Below, in pieces: positions 20,392 through 30,926 of a stretch of DNA of 64,000 nucleotides. The position numbers were made by a program, and so were the translations under genes. The first letter of the stretch is position 1. Each line of letters starts with the position of its first letter. The stretch comes from an uncultured Alphaproteobacteria bacterium (GTDB taxonomy: Bacteria; Pseudomonadota; Alphaproteobacteria; Puniceispirillales; Puniceispirillaceae). Under the pieces are notes generated by a model. The model had not been told where the DNA came from. It was given only the letters and a program-made list of their open reading frames with translations, and ran no database searches. The DNA lies in assembly GCA_943787735.1 (NCBI GenBank), contig CALSNN010000001.1:130239-194238 (forward strand), in the 5' to 3' direction.

Positions 20392-21366
20392 ATGGATCGT
20401 CGTTCGCTGATTATTTCGGTTGGATTGCACGTCAGTGTTGCGGTACTGGCGTGGATTGGCTTGCCGTCAATCAAGCGCGATCTTCCCGAGGAACAACCCA
20501 TCGTGGTGATGGAAATGGTGCAATCAGTGCCAACGACCAATCTGACGCAAGGCGATAAACCGAATACGGCAAAGAAAGAACAAAAAGCGGCCAAATCGAA
20601 AAAACCGCCACCGCCACCACCGCCAGCCCCGCCGCGCGCAAAACCGCCAGCACCAAAGCCCGTAGCCAAGCCAAGCCCAAAGGCCCCCGATCCAAAAGCG
20701 GAAATTCTGCCTCAAAAAACAACGCCTAAACCAAAGCCAAAGCCTGCAATTGCCCAACCACCGGCACCGCCAAAGTCAAAGCCAAAAACCGCCGCCACGA
20801 TCAAGGCGCCAAAACGCCTGCCGCAATCACCGCCAAAACGCATCAATAAACTAGCCCGCCAAAAAGCATCGCAAAAACAGCGCGAAGACGCATTGAGCGG
20901 GGTGATGCAAAATCTTGCCAAGGCCAAGGCAGTATCCGAAGAAGCCGAAAAGAAACGGCGAGAAAAGGAACGCAAAGAAGCGGCTGAGACTTTGACCAGC
21001 AATTTGACAACGGCGGCTGGTAATGCCGTTCGCGCCCCGCAAAAGCCGGTTGTTGGCCCGCTTGGCCTGTCCGACATTGATCGTATTCGCCAGCATGTGT
21101 CATCATGCTGGTCGCCGCCAATTGGCACGGCGGGTGCAAACACGCTAATTGTTGACATAATTGTCACGTTAGATAGGGACGGAAAGGTTTTGACAGCCGA
21201 GGTTGATAATAAGATGCGACTTGCCACCGACCGCACATACCGTGTTGCCGCAGACGAGGCCATTCGCACAATGTTTAAATGTTCGCCTTTGCCGGTGCCT
21301 TTGGATAAATATGAACAATGGAAAAGCTTTATCTTCGGGTTTGATCCGAAATTTTTAACGCGATAA
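20392..21366 (+). CDS. tolA: TolA
   Basis: N-terminal TM with S-x3-H (SVGLH), Pro/Lys-rich linker, C-terminal CW...C..L domain; between tolR and tolB. Confidence 0.88.
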   Translation: MDRRSLIISVGLHVSVAVLAWIGLPSIKRDLPEEQPIVVMEMVQSVPTTNLTQGDKPNTAKKEQKAAKSKKPPPPPPPAPPRAKPPAPKPVAKPSPKAPDPKAEILPQKTTPKPKPKPAIAQPPAPPKSKPKTAATIKAPKRLPQSPPKRINKLARQKASQKQREDALSGVMQNLAKAKAVSEEAEKKRREKERKEAAETLTSNLTTAAGNAVRAPQKPVVGPLGLSDIDRIRQHVSSCWSPPIGTAGANTLIVDIIVTLDRDGKVLTAEVDNKMRLATDRTYRVAADEAIRTMFKCSPLPVPLDKYEQWKSFIFGFDPKFLTR

Positions 21367-21431
21367 TGATGTGGCATGGTTTGCGCCAGACGGCGCATAT
21401 CGGCAGGTAAATAGATGGGAATAGGTTCACT

Positions 21432-22760
21432 ATGATGATGTTTTTGCGATTAGTGACTGTGATTGCGGCTTGTTTTGGCCTTTTTGGCAATATCGCCAAT
21501 GCGCAGCTGCGCATTGATATTACCGAAGGTCAGGTCGCGCCAACACCGATAGCGATCGCCAATTTTACTGGCCCTGATGGCGCCGTATCTGAAGTTGGCA
21601 AACAAATCGCCCAGATTATTTCAGAAGATCTGGAAAGTTCGGGCCTGTTTGCGCCAGTTGATAGCGCAGCCTTCATCGAGCCGCCAAAAGCGCCATCAAT
21701 CCGGCCAAATTTCACCAATTGGAGCCCTTTGGGGGTCAAGGGGCTTCTTGTTGGGTCGGCCTATGTTGACGCGGCGGGGATGCTGCAGGTGGAATTTGTG
21801 CTATGGGACGTCGTGATCCAGCGCAATATCACCGGTGGTGGTGGCAATGCCGATCAAAATGCAATTCGGCGGATTTCACATCAGATTGCCGATTTTGTTT
21901 ATGAAGAATTTACGGGTGACAGCGGGTATTTTGATACGCGCGTCGTCTATGTTGCTGAATCCGGATCGCAAAGCCGCCGTTTAAAGCGGTTGGCCATCAT
22001 GGATCAAGATGGACATAATCATCAGTTTTTAACCTCAGGCGCTGATCTGGTTCTGACCCCGCGCTTTTCACCGACAGCCAATGAAATTGCCTATCTTAAC
22101 TATTTCAATGATGAACCGAATGTCTATCTATTTGAAATTGCGACAGGGCGTACCGAACGGCTTGGTTCGTTTCCGGGCATGACCTTTGCACCCCGCTTTG
22201 CGCCGTCAGGTGATAAATTGATCATGAGCCTTGCGCAAAATGGCATGACCGACATCTATGAAATGGATATGCGAACCCAAGCGATTAACCGGCTAACGCA
22301 ATCGGCGTCGATTGATACATCGCCATCCTATTCACCTGATGGTGCCAAAATCGTTTTCAATTCTGATCGTGGCGGCAGCCAGCAGCTCTATGTGATGGAT
22401 GCTAATGGCGCCAATGTCCGGCGTATTAGCTTTAATCAGGGCCGCTATGCAACGCCGGTTTGGTCACCACGCGGCGATATTATCGCTTTTACCAAAATGG
22501 CGAATGGCCAATTTTACATTGGTGTGATGAATGTTGATGGATCTGGTGAACGACTTCTTGCAAACGGGTTTCTTGTTGAGGGGCCGACATGGGCGCCAAA
22601 TGGCCGCGTCTTGATGTATTTCAAGCAACAGCCCTTTGAAACCGATGGTAGCGGCGGTGATACGCATGTTTACCGCATCGATATCACCGGTTTTAACGAA
22701 AAGCGCATCATCACGCCATCAGACGCATCTGATCCGGCATGGTCGCCTATTTTGCGCTAA
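21432..22760 (+). CDS. tolB: TolB beta-propeller protein
   Basis: Signal peptide, PIAI N-domain, repeated P-x-(F/W/Y)-(S/A)-P-x-G blades, DPAWSP terminus. Confidence 0.97.
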   Translation: MMMFLRLVTVIAACFGLFGNIANAQLRIDITEGQVAPTPIAIANFTGPDGAVSEVGKQIAQIISEDLESSGLFAPVDSAAFIEPPKAPSIRPNFTNWSPLGVKGLLVGSAYVDAAGMLQVEFVLWDVVIQRNITGGGGNADQNAIRRISHQIADFVYEEFTGDSGYFDTRVVYVAESGSQSRRLKRLAIMDQDGHNHQFLTSGADLVLTPRFSPTANEIAYLNYFNDEPNVYLFEIATGRTERLGSFPGMTFAPRFAPSGDKLIMSLAQNGMTDIYEMDMRTQAINRLTQSASIDTSPSYSPDGAKIVFNSDRGGSQQLYVMDANGANVRRISFNQGRYATPVWSPRGDIIAFTKMANGQFYIGVMNVDGSGERLLANGFLVEGPTWAPNGRVLMYFKQQPFETDGSGGDTHVYRIDITGFNEKRIITPSDASDPAWSPILR

Positions 22761-23124
22761 ACTCAACAGATTTGACGCGTTGACAATAATTTTACCATCT
22801 TTGTTTGTAAGCTTTGGCAAAGGGTCTTTGGTTTGTCCGCTGATGTTTGGATGCGGTAGTGATCATCATGTCAATTGACGAGCAGATAAGCGGTCTTTCC
22901 AAAAAATTCCGGTTTTATAAGTGATTGGTCAATTTTTTGGTTTCAATTGCAAAGATTTTGCGCTATTGAGGATTCAGTATTTAGGCCGGATAAGACCAGC
23001 CTTCGTGGGTGCGTCCGTTAGATGAATGTCGTGACATTTAGATGACAAGTTATTTATGTGGTCACCTAATAACGCGAAATAGAAACCATCCGGTGTGCCG
23101 GACAAACAATTTGGGAGCATTCAG

Positions 23125-23651
23125 ATGTTTCAACGACTCCTCGCTATTTGCGCAGTAGCTTTTCTCTTTACCGCCTGTGAGACCGCGTCAAATGTTGCTG
23201 GTGACAGTGCCTCTGGCAGTTCATCAAGCATGCATCAGGCAGTGCATCAGGCAGTGCGACAGCTAGTGCATCAAGCAGCTCAACAACCGCAACACAGATG
23301 AGTGACGCTGAAAAGCTGGCTCAGGTTGGTAACACTGTGTATTTCGGTTTTGACAGCTCTGAGCTAGCCGGAGAGGCACAGGCCATTCTGGATCGCCAGG
23401 CCGCTTTCTTGAATGTGAACCCAACCATGGTTGTAATCATCGAAGGCCATGCTGATGAGCGCGGCACACGTGAATATAATCTGGCGCTTGGCGATCGCCG
23501 CGCCGTGGCTGTTCGTGACTATCTTCTTGCCAAAGGCCTGAACGCAGCACGCGTCCGCACCGTTTCATACGGCAAAGAGCGTCCAGCGGTTTCTGGTTCA
23601 AATGAAGAATCATGGGCAAAGAATCGCCGTGCGGCAACTGTTCTGAACTAG
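23125..23651 (+). pseudogene. pal: Peptidoglycan-associated lipoprotein Pal, apparently frameshifted at about 23230 (possible sequencing or assembly error)
   Basis: Signal peptide and lipobox (MFQRLLAICAVAFLFTA-C) in one frame; OmpA-like domain (VYFGFDS, IEGHADERGTREYNLALG, KNRRA) in another; one added G restores a 175-aa protein. Confidence 0.9.
23203..23285 (+). repeat. Degenerate 12-nt tandem repeat x7 (consensus near GGCAGTGCATCA) encoding a Ser/Ala/Gly linker of Pal
   Basis: gacagtgcctct/ggcagttcatca/agcatgcatca (11 nt)/ggcagtgcatca/ggcagtgcgaca/gctagtgcatca/agcagctcaaca. Confidence 0.9.
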
Positions 23652-23668
23652 ACAGTTTGACTTGATTG

Positions 23669-23698
23669 AAAAGAGGGGCAATCGCTCCTCTTTTTTTT
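23669..23698 (+). terminator. Intrinsic terminator after pal
   Basis: GAGGGGC-AATC-GCTCCTC stem followed by T8. Confidence 0.85.
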
Positions 23699-23786
23699 GC
23701 CTAATTTCTGCCTAAAACCACCTTTAGTATGTTTGCAACAGATGATTGCAATCATCAATTTTTCTTTGGCGTTGGGAATTGACGTG

Positions 23787-24914
23787 ATGAATAAACGGAT
23801 AGTCTTTTTGGTGTTGGCCGGTTTGCTGTTGCCAGCAAATGCGATGGCGCAAAGCGCGGCAAGCGATAATGCGATATCGTCAAATGCCAGCGCCCTGTTA
23901 ACACGCCAACAGCAACGCATGGATATTCTAGAACAGGGCTTGAAAGAAATCCGCGGGGTTATTGAACAGGATCTTCGCGAAATCAAGCTCAAGGTTGAAC
24001 AGCTTGGATCCAGCTCGGCACAGGCTGGCACCGCCCAGGTGGCCGATCTGAATGCGCTTCGCAATGAGATGGAAAAGCTGAATGATACATTGGCAATGAC
24101 CAGTCGCCGGATGGAACGCACGCTTGAAATCACATCTGATACTGAATTCCGTTTGCTTCGGCTGGAAAAGCGGGTGCAAACGCTGATCTCGCTTGGTGGC
24201 AGCGAGCTTGCCAACGCGGCAGCACAACAAGAAACAACCGCTGCCGATGCGCCAGCAAATGTCCAAATGACCCGTGAAAGCAATAGTGGTGTCACCAAAT
24301 GGTCGGTCGAAGAAGGCGCGCTTAACCGCGAGCTTGAGACACTGGATGCCGCCAACACATCCGACGCCGCCGCCGCCAAAGATGGCGTTGAAACGGCCAA
24401 TAACAGCGCATTGCCTGCTGATAATGCAGTTTCTGGCGCTGCCAGTAACCTGAACGCTGATGCAGCGGCAAATAATGCGCCTGCCACGCCTGCGGCGCCT
24501 GCTGAACCTGAGGTTTTGCCTGCGGTTAGCCCCGAAGAGCAATATCGCTTTGCGCTTGGTCGGGCATTGCAAAATGATTTGGAAACAGCCGAATTGGCTT
24601 TTGCCGAATTTCGCGCCTTCAACAAAGGCCATGAACGCCAGGCCGATGCCACTTTCTGGTTAGGACGGGTGCAGTTCATGCGTGGTGAATATGAGAAGGC
24701 CGCGATGACATTTTCCGAATTTAACAGCACCTATCCGGGTGATGCACGGCTTGTTGATACGACCATGTGGATTGCCGAATCGGTTTCGCATTTCGCACCA
24801 GCAGAACAAGCCTGCGAAATCTATGCATCCTTGCCAAAACTTCTGGATACGCCGCCCGAAGCTTTCATGACCCAGCTTGCCGCCCTTAGTGATGCTGCCA
24901 AGTGTAAAAGCTAG
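23787..24914 (+). CDS. cpoB: Cell division coordinator CpoB/YbgF (coiled coil plus TPR)
   Basis: Signal peptide from ATG 23787, coiled coil, TPR-like ADATFWLG...YEKAA..F; between pal and tilS. Confidence 0.82.
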   Translation: MNKRIVFLVLAGLLLPANAMAQSAASDNAISSNASALLTRQQQRMDILEQGLKEIRGVIEQDLREIKLKVEQLGSSSAQAGTAQVADLNALRNEMEKLNDTLAMTSRRMERTLEITSDTEFRLLRLEKRVQTLISLGGSELANAAAQQETTAADAPANVQMTRESNSGVTKWSVEEGALNRELETLDAANTSDAAAAKDGVETANNSALPADNAVSGAASNLNADAAANNAPATPAAPAEPEVLPAVSPEEQYRFALGRALQNDLETAELAFAEFRAFNKGHERQADATFWLGRVQFMRGEYEKAAMTFSEFNSTYPGDARLVDTTMWIAESVSHFAPAEQACEIYASLPKLLDTPPEAFMTQLAALSDAAKCKS

Positions 24915-26277
24915 CTCGATTGCTGCTTTTGACGCCAGTTTCGCCGCTGCAATGGCGGCGCTGGGTCTTGACCAATGCTTAGGCTATGTCACGGCATTGT
25001 CCGGTGGGCCAGATAGTACCGCGCTGGCCTTGTTAACCCAGCGTTATGCCGCCGCGACTGGCAAGCATCATCATGCGATGATTGTTGATCATGGATTGCG
25101 CGACGGCTCGGGTGACGAGGCGCGGCGGGTGCAAACGCGGTTGCGCCCTTTTGGAATTGCCAGCGAAATTATCCAGATTACCGAACCGCGCCCGACAGCA
25201 GGGCTGCAGGAATGGGCGCGGATCAACCGACATCAGGCGCTATTAGCAGTGGCGCGGCAAAAAAAGGCAGCTTTGCTATTTGCGCATCATGCCAGCGACC
25301 AGGCCGAAACCGTGGCCATGCGCTTGTTGAAATCATCGGGCTTGAATGGCCTTCGCGGTATCGCCTGCCACCGAATCCAGCATGATATTGTTGTAGGGCG
25401 GCCGGTTTTGGGCTGGATGCCAGATCAGCTCATGGCGGTTTGCCGTCATCTGAATTGCGATTTTGAAAGTGATCCAAGCAATCAAAATGACCAGTTTGAA
25501 CGCGTTCGCATCCGCAAATTTCTAGCCGATCTTGATTATCAAAACGCGGCTTTTGGTGACATCACGGTGTCATCGGGGCAATTGCACCGTCTTGGCGCTG
25601 GCGCAGCGCGGCTAAGCGCGGCGGCTGACAAGGTTTGTGATCAGATTATTGACCATGCGGTTGCATGGCATCCAGCGGGTTATGCCAGCGTGACAATGGC
25701 CGCCTTTGCGGATTTGCCACAATCATTTTGGGTGCTTGTCATGCGGCGGCTAATTATGGCAGTTGGCGGCGGGCATTACGGCGCGGCAACTATCGCGCTA
25801 GACCAGCTTCGCCAGCGTTGTGATGATGGGGTTTCGGCAACGATTGGCGGCTGTCATTTCAGTCCAATTGTCGCATCATCATCAAAACACCACTCATCAA
25901 CGGCCAGCTATCGTTTGTTTCGCGAAACGGGCCGTCGGGTGATTGCCACGCCGATTGTCGCTAACCAAGAGGTTGTTTTTGCCGGTTGTTGGTTGGTCAA
26001 AAGCGCGCAGGCGGGACTGTTGCATGCATGGGCTGATACGCCCCATATACAAGCTGATTCCGGCGCTGCGTCTCGTGCCAAATCCATGCCTGATGGATGG
26101 CATTTTCTGCCGCATCGCGCACGACAGGCAATTCCTGTATTAACAACCCTTGACGGCGGGTCGATTTATCCCCAATTAAAAGGGGAAGAAAGCACACAAT
26201 CGCCAGCCACCATGGCAGCGCGATTTCTAGGGATGGCAAGACGCCCAACGTTTCTTGCAGATACATTGATAGGATAA
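24892..26277 (+). CDS. tilS: tRNA(Ile)-lysidine synthetase
   Basis: [10 protein letters not shown]-loop, [20 protein letters not shown]...ERVRIR; start uncertain. Confidence 0.93.
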   Translation: MLPSVKASSIAAFDASFAAAMAALGLDQCLGYVTALSGGPDSTALALLTQRYAAATGKHHHAMIVDHGLRDGSGDEARRVQTRLRPFGIASEIIQITEPRPTAGLQEWARINRHQALLAVARQKKAALLFAHHASDQAETVAMRLLKSSGLNGLRGIACHRIQHDIVVGRPVLGWMPDQLMAVCRHLNCDFESDPSNQNDQFERVRIRKFLADLDYQNAAFGDITVSSGQLHRLGAGAARLSAAADKVCDQIIDHAVAWHPAGYASVTMAAFADLPQSFWVLVMRRLIMAVGGGHYGAATIALDQLRQRCDDGVSATIGGCHFSPIVASSSKHHSSTASYRLFRETGRRVIATPIVANQEVVFAGCWLVKSAQAGLLHAWADTPHIQADSGAASRAKSMPDGWHFLPHRARQAIPVLTTLDGGSIYPQLKGEESTQSPATMAARFLGMARRPTFLADTLIG

Positions 26278-26282
26278 ATCTG

Positions 26283-28199
26283 GTGAATAATCTGGCACGC
26301 AATATCATCATCTGGCTCATCTTTGGCGCGGCGCTTATGGGGCTGTTCAATATGTTCCAAACCCCGTCAACCGGAACACCGGCCGATCAGCTGGCCTATT
26401 CTGATTTCATGGCGAAAGTCAAAACCAACCAGATTGAAGAAGTGTTGATTGATGGTCGTAATCTGCGCGGTAAATCCAGCGCCGGACGGGTCATCACAAC
26501 GGTGATGCCGCCATCAACTGATGTTGTAAAAATTCTTGATGAAAATGATGTTCGCATCGTCGCAACCCCCGAGGATAGCGGCATGCCGAGTTTCTTTTCG
26601 ATTTTGCTGTCGTGGTTCCCCATGTTGCTGTTTATCGGCATCTGGATTTTCTTCATGCGGCAAATGCAGGGCGGTTCACGCGGCGCGATGGGCTTTGGCA
26701 AATCGCGGGCGAAATTGCTGACCGAACATCAAGGCCGCGTCACATTTGAAGATGTGGCGGGTATTGATGAAGCCAAAACCGAATTGGAAGAAGTCGTCGA
26801 ATTCCTGAAGGATCCGGGCAAGTTTCAGCGGCTTGGCGGCAAAATTCCAAAAGGCGTTCTGCTTGTTGGCCCTCCAGGTACGGGTAAAACATTGCTTGCC
26901 AAGGCGATTGCTGGCGAAGCCAATGTTCCATTCTTTACGATCTCAGGGTCTGATTTCGTTGAAATGTTTGTTGGTGTTGGTGCCAGCCGTGTTCGCGATA
27001 TGTTTGAACAGGGCAAGAAAAATGCGCCATGTATCATCTTCATTGACGAAATTGACGCGGTTGGACGGCATCGTGGTGCTGGTCTTGGCGGCGGCAATGA
27101 CGAACGCGAACAGACCTTGAATCAGATGCTTGTTGAAATGGATGGTTTTGAGGCGAATGAAGGGGTGATCCTGATCGCGGCAACCAACCGTCCTGATGTG
27201 CTTGATCCGGCGTTGCTTCGCCCGGGCCGTTTTGACCGGCAGGTTGTTGTGCCAAATCCAGATGTGATTGGCCGCGAAAAAATCTTGAAAGTCCATATGC
27301 GCAAAACACCACTATCAGAAGGTGTCGAGCCGCGCGTGATCGCCCGCGGTACCCCCGGTTTTTCTGGTGCCGATCTCGCCAATCTGGTGAATGAGGCGGC
27401 ATTGCTCGCAGCGCGTAAAGGTCGCCGTACCGTTTCGATGGCCGAATTTGAAGAGGCCAAGGATAAGGTCATGCTTGGTGCCGAACGCCGGTCGATGGTA
27501 ATGACTGACGAGGAAAAGCGCCTGACGGCCTATCACGAGGCCGGACATGCTGTTGTGGCATTGCATTGCCCTGCATCCGATCCAATCCATAAAGCAACCA
27601 TCATTCCGCGTGGACGTGCGCTTGGCATGGTGATGCGGCTTCCAGAAGGCGATCGTATTTCACTGGCGCGTGACAAAATTCACGCTGATTTGCGGGTGGC
27701 CTGTGGTGGCCGGATTGCCGAAGATTTAATCTTTGGTCATGACAAGATCACCACTGGCGCGTCATCTGATATCCGGATGGTTACCGATATGGCACGCCGG
27801 ATGGTGACTGAATGGGGCATGTCCGAAAAGCTGGGCTTTTTGGCCTATAGCGCGGATGAACAGGAAGTCTTCCTTGGCCGGTCGGTATCGCAACAAAAGA
27901 ATGTTGCTGATGCAACCGCGTCGATCATTGATAATGAAGTCCGCCGGATTGTCGATGAGGCCTATAAAGACGCCACCAAAATCCTCAAAAAGAACGATGT
28001 TGAGCTGGAACGCCTGGCGCAGGGCTTGCTTGAATATGAAACGCTTGATGGCAATGAGATCAAGATTATCGTTGAAGGTGGCACACTTGTTCGCAAAGAT
28101 GCCGAGGATACGCCAATCAATCAAAAGCCAAAACGCAAATCGCGGACTGGCCTTCCTGGTACCGGTCGGCCCAAAAAGCCGGGCAGTGAACCTGCCTAA
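26283..28199 (+). CDS. ftsH: ATP-dependent zinc metalloprotease FtsH
   Basis: Two TMs, [27 protein letters not shown]; GTG start. Confidence 0.99.
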   Translation: MNNLARNIIIWLIFGAALMGLFNMFQTPSTGTPADQLAYSDFMAKVKTNQIEEVLIDGRNLRGKSSAGRVITTVMPPSTDVVKILDENDVRIVATPEDSGMPSFFSILLSWFPMLLFIGIWIFFMRQMQGGSRGAMGFGKSRAKLLTEHQGRVTFEDVAGIDEAKTELEEVVEFLKDPGKFQRLGGKIPKGVLLVGPPGTGKTLLAKAIAGEANVPFFTISGSDFVEMFVGVGASRVRDMFEQGKKNAPCIIFIDEIDAVGRHRGAGLGGGNDEREQTLNQMLVEMDGFEANEGVILIAATNRPDVLDPALLRPGRFDRQVVVPNPDVIGREKILKVHMRKTPLSEGVEPRVIARGTPGFSGADLANLVNEAALLAARKGRRTVSMAEFEEAKDKVMLGAERRSMVMTDEEKRLTAYHEAGHAVVALHCPASDPIHKATIIPRGRALGMVMRLPEGDRISLARDKIHADLRVACGGRIAEDLIFGHDKITTGASSDIRMVTDMARRMVTEWGMSEKLGFLAYSADEQEVFLGRSVSQQKNVADATASIIDNEVRRIVDEAYKDATKILKKNDVELERLAQGLLEYETLDGNEIKIIVEGGTLVRKDAEDTPINQKPKRKSRTGLPGTGRPKKPGSEPA

Positions 28200-28211
28200 G
28201 CCTGTATTTTG

Positions 28212-29303
28212 ATGAATACAGACGCGACATCTAAATTAGCCTATGAGGCGGCGCCAAAAGTGCCGCCTTTTTGCCAGCCGACATGGCTTCGCCCCATCAT
28301 CACATCCAGTGGCCAACATAAATTGGCAGGGGGGCATGCCAGCTTTAGCCAGCTTGACGTTGTCATGGCTGATGGCAATGGTGGATATGTGGCGAGCCGG
28401 ATGAGCTGTGAACAGCTTTTTGCCCTTGCCGATGATCGGAATATGGCAAGCAAGGCCATTGATAATTTGACCATAGCGCGGCAAAATTTTGCCGGTCTTG
28501 ATATGGGCCGTTCGCATTTGATGGCGGTGCTGAATGTCACGCCGGACAGCTTTTCAGATGGCGGGGTTAATCTTGGCCCAGCCAAGGCAATTGCCGCTGG
28601 CAAGACGATGGCAGCAGCAGGGGCGTCAATTATCGATATTGGCGGCGAATCAACCCGCCCGGGTGCCGAACCGGTTAGCCGTAATCAGGAACTGGCGCGT
28701 ATTTTGCCGCCCATTACCGCGCTGGCGCGGGCTGATCTGCTAATCTCGGTTGATACCCGCCACGCCGCGGTGATGACACGGGCAACGGCGGCTGGTGCCG
28801 CGATTATCAATGATGTTGCGGCATTGCAAGGCGAAGATGCCATAACGGCCGCAGCGGCAAGCGGTGCGCCGGTGGTCATGATGCATATGAAGGGTACGCC
28901 CGAAACCATGCAGCAAGATCCGGTTTATGATTTTGCGCCGGTAGAAATTTACGAATTTTTGAAACGGCGTGTTGCGGCGGCGATTGCCGCTGGCATTCCG
29001 GCATCTTCAATTGCCATTGATCCCGGCTTTGGCTTTGGCAAGACGGTGACCCATAATCTGCAATTGGTGAATTGGTTATCGTTATTTCATGGGCTTGGTG
29101 TCGTTGTTCTATTTGGTGCCAGCCGCAAATCGTCAATTGCGAAAATATCAGCTGGCGAACCGGCCGAGGCGCGGCTTGCCGGTTCATTGGCATTGGCAGC
29201 AGCGGCATGGCGGCAGGGCGCACAGATTATCCGCGTACATGATGTTGCCGAAACGGCGCAGGCGCTGGCGGTCGAGGCGGCATTGCGTGCCACCGACAGC
29301 TGA
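28212..29303 (+). CDS. folP: Dihydropteroate synthase
   Basis: LNVTPDSFSDGG, DIGGESTRPG, DPGFGFGK, SRKS, IRVHDV. Confidence 0.97.
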   Translation: MNTDATSKLAYEAAPKVPPFCQPTWLRPIITSSGQHKLAGGHASFSQLDVVMADGNGGYVASRMSCEQLFALADDRNMASKAIDNLTIARQNFAGLDMGRSHLMAVLNVTPDSFSDGGVNLGPAKAIAAGKTMAAAGASIIDIGGESTRPGAEPVSRNQELARILPPITALARADLLISVDTRHAAVMTRATAAGAAIINDVAALQGEDAITAAAASGAPVVMMHMKGTPETMQQDPVYDFAPVEIYEFLKRRVAAAIAAGIPASSIAIDPGFGFGKTVTHNLQLVNWLSLFHGLGVVVLFGASRKSSIAKISAGEPAEARLAGSLALAAAAWRQGAQIIRVHDVAETAQALAVEAALRATDS

Positions 29304-29423
29304 TTTTGGATTGTTTTGTATGCTTGTGAAATAGGGGCAAGCTATTCTATCCTAAGCACAGGCAGCCATTTGGCCGCGAATGCGATTGCACATATGTGAT
29401 CGACAGAATGACAGGGGAAGATT

Positions 29424-30773
29424 ATGGCAGGATTATTCGGCACCGACGGCGTGCGTGCGCGCATCAATACTGGGCCGATGACTGCCGAAGCCGTCGTGCG
29501 ACTGGCTTTGGCCGCGGGTCGTTGGTTTGCCGATCATAATGACCGGTCTAGCCATGCGCGCCCGATCGTTGTCATTGGCAAAGATACGCGGCTTTCAGGC
29601 TATATGCTAGAATCGGCACTGGTTGCTGGCTTTACCTCAATCGGGCTTGATTGCCGGTTGCTTGGCCCGATCCCAACACCGGCGGTGGCGCATTTAACGC
29701 GCTCGCTTCGGGCTGAATTGGGTGTGATGATCTCGGCCAGCCATAATCCGCATCATGACAATGGCATCAAGCTGTTTGGCCCAGATGGTTTCAAGCTTGA
29801 TGATAAGATCGAGTCTGAAATTTCGGCATTGGCGGCGGGTTCAATTGCCCTTGCTGACGCGCCTGATCTGGGCCGCGCCCGCCGGATGCTTGATTCGGTT
29901 GGCCGCTATGTTGAATTTGCCAAATCCACCTTACCCGGGCGCACCCGTCTTGATGGGTTAAAGCTGGTTGTTGATTGCGCGAATGGCGCTGCCTATCGCA
30001 CTGCGCCAGATACGCTTTATGAACTTGGTGCCGAAATTGTGCCATTGGCGGTATCGCCTGACGGTTTCAATATTAATGAAAATTGCGGCGCTGTTCATCC
30101 GCAGATAATGGCGGCCGCCGTGGTGGCGCATGGGGCCGATGCAGGGATTTGCCTTGATGGTGATGCTGATCGGCTGATCATGGCCGATGAAGCCGGTACA
30201 ATCATTGATGGCGATCAAATTTTGGGCTGTCTTGCCCTTGCCATGCAGGAACGCGGAACGCTTGCCAAAAATGCGGTTGTTGGCACGGTGATGACCAATC
30301 GCGGCCTTGAAACAAGGCTTGGCAAAGCGGGTATTGATTTGCACCGCGTCGCCGTTGGTGACCGTTATATTCTCGAAAAAATGCGGCAAGACGGGCTGAA
30401 TCTTGGCGGCGAGCCGTCAGGCCATATGTTGATGACCGATTTTGCACGATCGGGTGACGGGTTGCTGACAGCATTGCAAATGCTAACCCTGCTAAAGACA
30501 AGCGGCAAAAAAGCCAGCAAGCTATTCAATAGCTTTTCGCCTAATCCTCAACGGCTAGAAAATCTACGCGGGATTAATCCGGCTATTCTTCAGGATCAGA
30601 AGCTGCAATCCGACCTTGCCAATATCGAGGCCAATCTCAACGGCAAGGGGCGTGTTCTGGTGCGCCCGTCAGGAACCGAAGCTTTGGTTCGCGTGATGGT
30701 CGAGGCCGAGAGTGAAGCGCTGTTAACCGAGGCAATGGATGCGTTAATTTTGCGCATCACGGCTGAGGCTTAG
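29424..30773 (+). CDS. glmM: Phosphoglucosamine mutase
   Basis: FGTDGVR, MISASHNP, DGDADR, GGEPSGH, VRPSGTE. Confidence 0.97.
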   Translation: MAGLFGTDGVRARINTGPMTAEAVVRLALAAGRWFADHNDRSSHARPIVVIGKDTRLSGYMLESALVAGFTSIGLDCRLLGPIPTPAVAHLTRSLRAELGVMISASHNPHHDNGIKLFGPDGFKLDDKIESEISALAAGSIALADAPDLGRARRMLDSVGRYVEFAKSTLPGRTRLDGLKLVVDCANGAAYRTAPDTLYELGAEIVPLAVSPDGFNINENCGAVHPQIMAAAVVAHGADAGICLDGDADRLIMADEAGTIIDGDQILGCLALAMQERGTLAKNAVVGTVMTNRGLETRLGKAGIDLHRVAVGDRYILEKMRQDGLNLGGEPSGHMLMTDFARSGDGLLTALQMLTLLKTSGKKASKLFNSFSPNPQRLENLRGINPAILQDQKLQSDLANIEANLNGKGRVLVRPSGTEALVRVMVEAESEALLTEAMDALILRITAEA

Positions 30774-30871
30774 TAAAAACAATAAAAAACAGATAGTTGA
30801 TAGATAGGAATTTATTTCCTTCTATTGATCAGGCTTCATGTTGACTTGAGATATCATTATATGCGACTTCT

Positions 30872-30920
30872 TTTGGCGGGCCGCTATCCCCCAACGGATA
30901 GCCAAATCTGAGCGCGAGAA
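30872..30920 (+). promoter_or_regulatory. Candidate serC leader RNA element
   Basis: GCTATCC-CCCAAC-GGATAGC hairpin ending 24 nt before the serC ATG, the position of the known alphaproteobacterial serC leader. Confidence 0.55.
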
Positions 30921-30926
30921 TGTGTT

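Noticed and set aside
20600-20830. CCG/CCA-rich low-complexity DNA
   Set aside because: Explained by the Pro/Lys-rich TolA linker.
23203-23285. Tandem repeat as a CRISPR array
   Set aside because: Contiguous 12-nt coding units with no spacers and no cas genes.
23648-24730. 360-aa minus-strand ORF
   Set aside because: Antisense shadow of the Ala/Ser-rich cpoB gene with no recognisable motifs.
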